Assembly: GCA_051747585.1 (NCBI GenBank)
Contig: JBNJGH010000078.1
Coordinates: forward strand, 1-16,703
DNA: 16,703 nt
Origin: Candidatus Rifleibacteriota bacterium
GTDB taxonomy: Bacteria > Muiribacteriota > Ozemobacteria > Ozemobacterales > Ozemobacteraceae
Direction of reading: 5' to 3'
The notes below the pieces were generated by a model. The model worked only from the letters and a program-made list of their open reading frames with translations, did no database searches and was not told the origin of the DNA. Within the stretch, counting starts at the first letter, position 1. Each line of letters begins with the position of its first letter. Below are positions 9,559 to 15,789 of this stretch, in pieces. The translations under genes and the position numbers were made by a program.

Positions 9559-9587
9559 TTGACATTCGCCTTTTGTTCGCCTATTCT
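9559..9587 (+). promoter_or_regulatory. sigma70-type promoter of lexA
   Basis: TTGACA (9559-9564), 17-bp spacer, TATTCT (9582-9587). Strong RBS AAGGAGG at 9607-9613 before the ATG at 9619. Confidence 0.8.
9564..9582. promoter_or_regulatory. Candidate LexA operator (direct repeat, GTTC-N7-GTTC type)
   Basis: TTCGCCT at 9565-9571 and 9576-9582 (11-bp period), also readable as ATTC-N7-GTTC (9564-9578). It lies between the -35 and -10 elements of the lexA promoter. Confidence 0.7.
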
Positions 9588-9618
9588 TTTTAGTGAAGAG
9601 TGCTGAAAGGAGGCGGAT

Positions 9619-10236
9619 ATGTCGCCAGAACCATTAACGCCAAAACAACGAACTGTTCTCGAATTCATTCGCGGTTTTTTCGCTTCATCCGGTTATGCGC
9701 CTACTATTGCAGAAATTTGCCAGGGGTTGGGGCTATCGTCGACTGCTACGGTGCATAAACACCTTAAAACCCTTGCTAGCAAGGGATATGTCGACTCTCT
9801 TCCCGGTCGTTCTCGTGGTTTGACAATGAAGCCTGTTGCCCGGGAAAAAAGCCTGGAAATTCCAATGCTTGGCAGAGTTACTGCGGGCCAGCCAATAGAA
9901 ATAAACGAAATTCCTGAAACTATTAGTTTGCCCGAGTCTATGATTGGTCGTGGCGAAACCTTTGTTCTTGAGGTAAAGGGCGACTCAATGATCGATGAAG
10001 CGATAAAAGATGGCGATCTTGTAATCGTCGAAAAATGTAATTCAGCAAACAATGGTGACATGGTTATTGCCTGTATTGACAATGAAGAGGTCACTCTTAA
10101 AAGAATTTATCGCGAGGGTAATCGCGTCAGATTGCAGCCTTCTAATCCAACTATGCAGCCAATCATTATTGAAAATAAAGATGTCACAATTAAAGGCATC
10201 GTAATCGGAGTTCTACGTAAATATCATCGTTTTTGA
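9619..10236 (+). CDS. lexA: SOS repressor LexA
   Basis: N-terminal winged HTH (LTPKQRTVLEFI...GYAPTIAEI...SSTATVHKHLKTL..KGY), Ala-Gly cleavage site (GRVTAGQP), catalytic Ser (VKGDSM) and Lys (TLKR). Confidence 0.97.
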   Translation: MSPEPLTPKQRTVLEFIRGFFASSGYAPTIAEICQGLGLSSTATVHKHLKTLASKGYVDSLPGRSRGLTMKPVAREKSLEIPMLGRVTAGQPIEINEIPETISLPESMIGRGETFVLEVKGDSMIDEAIKDGDLVIVEKCNSANNGDMVIACIDNEEVTLKRIYREGNRVRLQPSNPTMQPIIIENKDVTIKGIVIGVLRKYHRF

Positions 10237-10244
10237 GGTTTAAT

Positions 10245-11405
10245 ATGCGTAAACGAATTGCATGTCTCGATCTCGACGCATTCTTTGTTGAAGCCGCTTT
10301 GCTTAAACATCCGCAATTCAGGGGTTGCCCTGTTGCAGTTGGCGGAAGCAGCAAAAGAGCTATAGTTTGTTCTGCCTCTTACGAAGCGCGAAAGTATGGG
10401 GTTAGCTCTGCAATGCCTATATGGATGGCTCGTCAGAGGTGTCCTTCTATTGCAGTTCTACCTGTTCCTGACAATATTGGCGAGCTTTCCCATCGGGTAA
10501 ATAGTTTGCTGGTTAAGTTCTGCCCCATTGTCGAAAAAGCTTCCGTTGATGAGTTTTATCTTGATTTTACCGGTTGTGATCGAATCTATCCCAATAACCT
10601 CAATCTTGCCGAAAATATAATCAGAGCTGTTAAAACAGAACTTAAAATACCGGCAACTATGGGTTTTGCTACCAGCAAGCTGTTAAGCAAAATTGCTTCC
10701 AATCTCGGGAAACCCCGGGGAATCCTTGAAGTCCTGCCCGGCGGCGAGAAAGCGTTTCTTTCTGTGCTCCCAATAAAAGAGATCCCCGGAATAGGCAAAA
10801 AAACAGAGCCGGTTCTTAAATCCATGGGAATCCACCAGGTGAGTGATGTTCTTGCTTTGCCGCTTGATGTCTGGCGAGCAGCCTTTGGTAAACTCGGTGA
10901 ATATATTTTTGATGCAGCCAGGGGTATTTGTGTTTCCAGGGTTGTTCCATCTGAACAAAAGCCTGTTAGAAAAGCTATTTCTCGAGATATTACTCTGCAG
11001 ACTGATTCTGCATCCAGATATGAGCTGCTCGGGCATCTCTCTAAACTGCTTGAAAGCGCGACTTTTCAATTGCAGAAAGAAAAGCTTACCTGTGCCTCTG
11101 TAACGGTTAAAATTCGCTACTCAGATTTTGTTTCTGCTACAAGAACCTCAAAAATTACAAGAACCGGCGATGACCGAGACATTTATCCGGCAGTTGTGAA
11201 ACTTTTTAGCGGGCTTTTCAGCAGGCGTATCAGGGTAAGGCTTGTTGGTATTCAGTTGGGTTCAATCCAGCCCGGGAATGTAACGCCCGATCTATGGGAT
11301 ATTCTTCAGCCCGAGTATAAAAATCAATTGCCCGAAGTTATTCAGATTATCAGAGCTAAATTTGGCTTTTCTTCGATTCTGCGCTCCAGATCAATTGTGA
11401 ATTAA
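10245..11405 (+). CDS. dinB: Y-family DNA polymerase IV
   Basis: DLDAFF, SASYEARKYGV, SVDEFYLD (catalytic acids intact), KPRG, IPGIGKK, little-finger domain (VTVKIRYSDF, VRLVGI), clamp-binding-like PDLWD and an IRAKFG tail. ATG at 10245 follows GAGG at 10235-10238 and is preferred to the track's TTG at 10233. Confidence 0.95.
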   Translation: MRKRIACLDLDAFFVEAALLKHPQFRGCPVAVGGSSKRAIVCSASYEARKYGVSSAMPIWMARQRCPSIAVLPVPDNIGELSHRVNSLLVKFCPIVEKASVDEFYLDFTGCDRIYPNNLNLAENIIRAVKTELKIPATMGFATSKLLSKIASNLGKPRGILEVLPGGEKAFLSVLPIKEIPGIGKKTEPVLKSMGIHQVSDVLALPLDVWRAAFGKLGEYIFDAARGICVSRVVPSEQKPVRKAISRDITLQTDSASRYELLGHLSKLLESATFQLQKEKLTCASVTVKIRYSDFVSATRTSKITRTGDDRDIYPAVVKLFSGLFSRRIRVRLVGIQLGSIQPGNVTPDLWDILQPEYKNQLPEVIQIIRAKFGFSSILRSRSIVN

Positions 11406-11406
11406 A

Positions 11407-11676
11407 ATGAAACAGCAAACTACCACCATTAATTCATTAATAAACCAGATGTGTGAAGAAGTTATGATGCTGAAATGCAGCATCTTGAAAGAGCGTCTGC
11501 AAAACGAAAAAGAAAGGCTTTTGCCTTTTACCGATGTGTTGGAAAAGTTAAAAGAAGGCGTTGAAACTCCTGAAGACAATATGGAAATTTCTGCCCGGAT
11601 AAATAAAATTATTAAACTGAAGCAGGAACTTAAAGCCTGCGAAAAAATTATGAAAAGTATTGGCCATTTTCAGTGA
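11407..11676 (+). CDS. Small helical hypothetical protein (89 aa), probably co-transcribed with lexA-dinB
   Basis: ATG lies 1 nt after the dinB stop (TAAAATG). K/E/L/I-rich amphipathic helical pattern; no family recognised. Confidence 0.65.
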   Translation: MKQQTTTINSLINQMCEEVMMLKCSILKERLQNEKERLLPFTDVLEKLKEGVETPEDNMEISARINKIIKLKQELKACEKIMKSIGHFQ

Positions 11677-11684
11677 CTTTCTCC

Positions 11685-12003
11685 AATTCTCGGTCAACAG
11701 TTATTAGCTGGTTACAAAAAGTTCGGTTTTATTTCTTTCTGTCAAATATAGAATTTAAACCACTGAGGCCACCGAGGGCTCAGAGTTGATTTTTTAATCT
11801 TTTTCAGTCAGGATTTGTCCTGTGGACAAATAGCCGGCGGTTTCACCGCCCGGCTTTTTCTTCTATCTTTAATATTTTCTTTGGCTTGCTTTAATCTTTT
11901 TCTAATTTTTCTCTGCGCCCTTTGCGATCTTTGCGAGATTTCCTGCCTTCCTCTGTGGTTATTTTCTTTTCTGTAACAAACTGATAATCGTTGACCGAGA
12001 ATT
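11685..12003. repeat. 319-bp nested inverted-repeat element (MITE/REP-like or structured RNA)
   Basis: Terminal IR AATTCTCGGTCAAC (11685-11698) / GTTGACCGAGAATT (11990-12003) is perfect over 14 bp and extends to 27/32. Inner IRs: 11758-11768 vs 11950-11960 (10/11) and 11776-11785 vs 11911-11920 (9/10). Two central hairpins. Confidence 0.8.
11832..11862 (+). terminator. Putative intrinsic terminator downstream of the lexA-dinB-orf operon
   Basis: GC-rich hairpin AGCCGGCGGT-TTC-ACCGCCCGGCT (one bulged C) running into a T-tract (TTTTTCTT). Confidence 0.6.
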
Positions 12004-12007
12004 ACTG

Positions 12008-12036
12008 CTGCAATAACTTTGATTTTTCTGTATACT
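12008..12036 (+). promoter_or_regulatory. Possible sigma70 promoter for the FHA-GAF-GGDEF gene
   Basis: TATACT (12031-12036) with a weak CTGCAA 17 bp upstream. Palindrome GATTGCAATC (12037-12046) immediately downstream; RBS-like AGGTG at 12064-12068. Confidence 0.35.
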
Positions 12037-12072
12037 GATTGCAATCCAAGTGCATAAATAATCAGGTGTGAA

Positions 12073-13515
12073 ATGAGAATCATAATAACTGACAAAAGTG
12101 GACAGATTTTGTATGAAGGCAGCCCGAGTTTTCATGGTAACGGAATAAAAATAGGCAGCGCAAACCACTGCGATATTAAGCTGAATAAAATGGGTATCGC
12201 GTCAGAGCATGTGCAGATAAGATATAATGCAGATGGCTACTTGACGTTGCAGGACCTGCAAAGCCCTTTCGGTCTGGTTGTAAATGAGCAAAAACTGCAG
12301 CCCGGTTTTTTCACCATAATTGAACCAGGTTCATATATTGAGTTGACTGAAGACTTGTTTTTGTTGTTACAGGCAGAGTCAGGAGAACCCGGAGCAGACG
12401 AAGACGACAGGGCTATCTTTCCCTTTTTCCTTAATGACAATGAGCAGTTTGTTCGCAAAACTTTTGCCCAGATAAGATCAAACCTGCCTGGACAATATTA
12501 TTCTGCCGTTACTTCAGCTGAAGGCGAAATGGTAACTAAAATTCGTGAACTTTCGGCAATACTCGAGGTTACTTATGCACTCAACTCGATAAGCAGCTTT
12601 CACAGATTACTTGAGTTTGCCCTGGAAATGGCGCTGGCAGTTACCGGTGGCGAAAGAGCCTTTATTATGCTTTATAATGAAGAACTAAACAGACTTGAAA
12701 CTGTTTCTGAGCGAAATTTTCCTCCGGCTGAAATCGCCGCAGATATGGCTGCAACTGCAAGTCTTGTCAGCCGTGTGTTTGAAACCGGTGAGGCACTTAT
12801 CGGACCCACACACAGTTTCAGAAACCTGAAACTTAGGGGTAAATTGCCCGAAGATTCCGGTATTTTATCGTTGGCGGCCGTGCCCCTTAAAGAAATGGGA
12901 ACAATTATCGGAGTTCTTTATGTCGATACAAAAAACTCTAGAAAAATTCTTACTGCAAGAACCGAGCAACTGATGAAAATTTTTGCTGCTCAGGCTGCTG
13001 TGGCAATTAACCGGGCTCGAATGTTTTATAACGCTACAACTGACCCCCAAACCGGAATTTCGAATCAAAACTTGTTTCTAAAACGCCTCAGCGAAGAATT
13101 CTGCAGAGCTCAAAGGCATCAGAAAACCATCTCTTTAATTCTGATGGATATAGACCATTTCAAGCGCATTAATAAAGTGCACGGAGAAAAGAATGGTAAT
13201 CGACTGCTCAAAGAGGTCGGCAGAATTTTTAAGGCTGCAACCAGAATTCATGATCTGGTGGCAAGAAGTGGCCCGGATTCTTTTGCGATGTTGTTGCCTG
13301 AGACTACCTTTGCCGGGGCCAAAACTGTTGCCCAAAAGCTCAAGGCTGCTCTTCTCTCTACCAAGATACGAGCCGGAAACCGAACAATTCAGATTTCTGC
13401 AAGTTTTGGTATAGCCAGTAGCTCAAGAAATACCACGAAGCCCGATGATTTAATTAAAACAGCAGAAAAAGCGTTAAAACAGGCAAGAAGGCGTGGTGGC
13501 AATCAGATAGCCTGA
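12073..13515 (+). CDS. FHA-like + GAF + degenerate GGDEF domain protein (probably catalytically inactive, candidate c-di-GMP receptor)
   Basis: FHA-like IKIGS..CDIKL....IASEHVQI......LQDLQSPFGLVVN; GAF SLAAVPLK....IIGVLYVD...AAQAAVAI; GGDEF fold DPQTGISN, LMDIDHFKRIN, RIHDLVARSGPDSF, ISASFGIA. Confidence 0.9.
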   Translation: MRIIITDKSGQILYEGSPSFHGNGIKIGSANHCDIKLNKMGIASEHVQIRYNADGYLTLQDLQSPFGLVVNEQKLQPGFFTIIEPGSYIELTEDLFLLLQAESGEPGADEDDRAIFPFFLNDNEQFVRKTFAQIRSNLPGQYYSAVTSAEGEMVTKIRELSAILEVTYALNSISSFHRLLEFALEMALAVTGGERAFIMLYNEELNRLETVSERNFPPAEIAADMAATASLVSRVFETGEALIGPTHSFRNLKLRGKLPEDSGILSLAAVPLKEMGTIIGVLYVDTKNSRKILTARTEQLMKIFAAQAAVAINRARMFYNATTDPQTGISNQNLFLKRLSEEFCRAQRHQKTISLILMDIDHFKRINKVHGEKNGNRLLKEVGRIFKAATRIHDLVARSGPDSFAMLLPETTFAGAKTVAQKLKAALLSTKIRAGNRTIQISASFGIASSSRNTTKPDDLIKTAEKALKQARRRGGNQIA

Positions 13516-13516
13516 A

Positions 13517-13530
13517 TAAATCCAATTTTG
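13517..13530 (+). repeat. 14-bp direct repeat copy 1 (TAAATCCAATTTTG)
   Basis: Identical to 15180-15193; the two copies bracket the 13542-15182 gene. Confidence 0.8.
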
Positions 13531-13541
13531 AGGAAGCAATT

Positions 13542-15182
13542 ATGATTAACCCTCTAGATGATCTTGATTTCCCTGGAGATCCAAAAGACTTTGATGACGA
13601 AATAGAAAAATTAGCTGGATTTTCACCATCGGGTAAACATAAAAGTTTGACCGATGATATAGTTAAAAAACTTTCCCAAAAAAATACCGATTGCAACGAA
13701 AGAAAATCTGATTCTGAAGACGACAGGCATTGGCAAATTCATAAAGTTTTTGCCGATTTATATGAGCAATATGGCAGGCCTTTTGGCATGTTTGTCGGTG
13801 ATTTGCTCGATATCATTCTCAGTGGCCCTGTACAGACTCGCCTGGTTAATGAAATGATCGAAGAAAAAATTAACCGTATGCGTAAGGCCAGAGAGGCAAA
13901 AGCAGAGGTTTCTACCCACAAAATCAAAGTGCCGGGAAAACGCAGCCCCAAATTTGATGTTAAAATCGCCGGCGAAAAAAGAATATTTGCCCGTAATTTT
14001 CTTAAAAGAAAAAGTTTTCTGGCTGCCCTTTTCATAGATAGTGAAGAATATGCTTCATATAAAAAATTGATTAAGCAAATTGAAATTGTTTGTGCCGAAG
14101 AAATTGAAGAAAAATTGCCCGAAACCAAAGAAAAAAGAAAAGCTGCTCTTGAGCAGATTATCTCTGAGCTTAAGTTCGAAATTAAAACCCACGATGTAAT
14201 TAAAGCATGGAAACTACTTGAAGCTGATTGTTTCAAGTATCTTGACTGGATATACAACCAGACGAAAAAGTTTCATCTGGTAAGACCTAATTTTTATGAT
14301 GATCTCGACAAAGCTTATCGCGAAGGCAAAAAAATGCTCAAAGATCTTATTAAGGAATTCGAAGAAGAGTTCCCGCCCGACGACGAAAAGCAGGAAGCCA
14401 TAATTGATTATCTGCGCGATGTGCTTGAGGTATACACGCATCATCACTTTGTGACCAAATATTTTCATCAAACCAGACCAAGTATTTCGCGTAAAGATTT
14501 CGAAATGACAAAAGAGGAGCTTGAAGAAAAAATCGATGATTTGCGCGAAGACCTGGAAGAGGAAAGACAGAAAAGTTCCAGGCTCAATATTGAGCGTGAT
14601 ACATGCAATTCCGAAATTAGAAGCCTGAAAAATGACAACGAAGAACTCAAACAAAAATTAGCCAAACTCGATCCCGTAGAGGTTCAGAAACAGCTTAAAT
14701 CTTTTGAAGCACAAACAAATGCCGCCAAAAAAGAGGCTCAGGCAACTGTTGAGCAATATACAGAGTTGCGAACCGATTTGCGTCAGATTGCCGAAGAAAA
14801 TCAGGCATTAACCAAAAAACTGCAGCAGCTCAAAGCTATTCCGGATGAAAATGCCTATTCCGTTGACGGCCTTTTAAAAGGCAAGCGGGTTGCCATATTC
14901 GGCGGAGTCGGTCGTGACCATTACTGGCCCATTTTAAAAGAAGCCGGCGTTGAAGATGGCGACTATGAGTGGTATGAAGGCTATCATACCATCAGTCAGG
15001 CAAGAACGGCCGAAATAGTAGGAAGATGTGATTTGATTGTGGTTGTTACCAGCTATGCCGGACACCTGTTGCTTTACCAGATAAGACCCTGCATCAAACC
15101 TCATCAGCATTTTTTCAAGATCCATAATAGCGGTGCCGGGTCTTTGCGCAAAGAAATAGTCGAAACCTTTAAAAATAATTAA
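13542..15182 (+). CDS. Coiled-coil protein with C-terminal DUF2325-like domain
   Basis: 546 aa, RBS GAGGA at 13530-13534. Long E/K-rich heptad region, then RVAIFGG...DLIVVVTSYAGH...SGAGSL, matching the DUF2325 pattern as recalled (VxIVGG, DLVIVxTxxxxH, GxxSL). Confidence 0.75.
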   Translation: MINPLDDLDFPGDPKDFDDEIEKLAGFSPSGKHKSLTDDIVKKLSQKNTDCNERKSDSEDDRHWQIHKVFADLYEQYGRPFGMFVGDLLDIILSGPVQTRLVNEMIEEKINRMRKAREAKAEVSTHKIKVPGKRSPKFDVKIAGEKRIFARNFLKRKSFLAALFIDSEEYASYKKLIKQIEIVCAEEIEEKLPETKEKRKAALEQIISELKFEIKTHDVIKAWKLLEADCFKYLDWIYNQTKKFHLVRPNFYDDLDKAYREGKKMLKDLIKEFEEEFPPDDEKQEAIIDYLRDVLEVYTHHHFVTKYFHQTRPSISRKDFEMTKEELEEKIDDLREDLEEERQKSSRLNIERDTCNSEIRSLKNDNEELKQKLAKLDPVEVQKQLKSFEAQTNAAKKEAQATVEQYTELRTDLRQIAEENQALTKKLQQLKAIPDENAYSVDGLLKGKRVAIFGGVGRDHYWPILKEAGVEDGDYEWYEGYHTISQARTAEIVGRCDLIVVVTSYAGHLLLYQIRPCIKPHQHFFKIHNSGAGSLRKEIVETFKNN

Positions 15183-15193
15183 ATCCAATTTTG
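15180..15193 (+). repeat. 14-bp direct repeat copy 2 (TAAATCCAATTTTG)
   Basis: Identical to 13517-13530; includes the TAA stop of the upstream gene. Confidence 0.8.
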
Positions 15194-15213
15194 TCTTCTT
15201 ACGTTTGAGTTAA

Positions 15214-15789
15214 ATGAATACAAATTCTGAAATAATCTGGAAAAAAGCTGTCAGAGGCGACCAACAGGCCTGGCAGCAGCTTTACCAGATGTTTTCAGCT
15301 GCTGTTTATCAGTTCTTTCTAAAAAATACTCAAAATCCCGAGCTGTCTATGGATAAGGTGCAGGAGGTATTTATAAAGGTTTATCGAAAACGAGAATCTT
15401 TTACTTATGGCTCTTTGAAGACCTGGATATTCAGAATTGCAAAAAATCTTCTTATCGACGAATGGCGAAAAAAGGGTAAAGCTGAACTGGCTTCAGAGCA
15501 TGTTGCTGATGTAGTGGTGGCAGATGACAATGTGGAAGAACATGTTCTTAAAGAACTCGAACACCAGAGCATGAAGCTGCTCATAGATCAAGGGCTTGAA
15601 AAATTGAAATCACCTGAGCGTATGGTTGTATGCCTGGTTTATCTGGCAGGCCTTTCAATTTTTGAACTTTCTCAGGTAATGGAAATCCCCCTGGGAACAG
15701 CTAAAACAAGGGTGAGACAGGCTAGATTGAAACTGGATAAAATTATTCGAGAACAACTCGAACTTAAAAGTCTGGAAAAAAGCTTATGA
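15214..15789 (+). CDS. ECF-family RNA polymerase sigma factor
   Basis: GDQQAWQQLY; region 2 DKVQEVFIKVY...LKTWIFRIAKNLLIDEWRK; region 4 GLSIFELSQVMEIPLGTAKTRVRQAR. 191 aa. Confidence 0.95.
   Translation: MNTNSEIIWKKAVRGDQQAWQQLYQMFSAAVYQFFLKNTQNPELSMDKVQEVFIKVYRKRESFTYGSLKTWIFRIAKNLLIDEWRKKGKAELASEHVADVVVADDNVEEHVLKELEHQSMKLLIDQGLEKLKSPERMVVCLVYLAGLSIFELSQVMEIPLGTAKTRVRQARLKLDKIIREQLELKSLEKSL

Noticed and set aside
10245..11405. ImuB or UmuC assignment for the polymerase after lexA
   Set aside because: The catalytic DxDAFF and SVDE motifs are intact and no imuA/dnaE2 is present. The upstream gene has a full DNA-binding domain, so it is LexA rather than UmuD.
11721..11735. GTTC-N7-TTTC resembling a second LexA box
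   Set aside because: One mismatch, lacks the TTCGCC extension, lies in T-rich sequence and is not tied to an evident promoter; likely chance.
11760..11937. CRISPR array or DGR template-repeat interpretation of the intergenic repeats
   Set aside because: There are no 25-45-bp repeats with unique spacers, no cas or reverse transcriptase gene, and no adenine-specific variant repeat pair.
11808..12095. Minus-strand 95-aa ORF with NHRG...SQRSQRAQR and K/R-rich sequence (also 11959-12168)
   Set aside because: The peptide repeats are just the translation of the 9-bp DNA repeats and T-rich tracts. The ORF overlaps the start of the GGDEF gene and has no recognisable domain.
12073..13515. Active diguanylate cyclase or pseudogene call
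   Set aside because: The A-site is GPDSF, so activity is unlikely. The ORF is uninterrupted with the scaffold and I-site retained, so there is no evidence of pseudogenisation.
13739..14665. Antisense ORFs of 172, 146 and 65 aa
   Set aside because: They are shadow frames opposite an E/K-rich coding gene, giving S/F/L-rich translations with no motifs.
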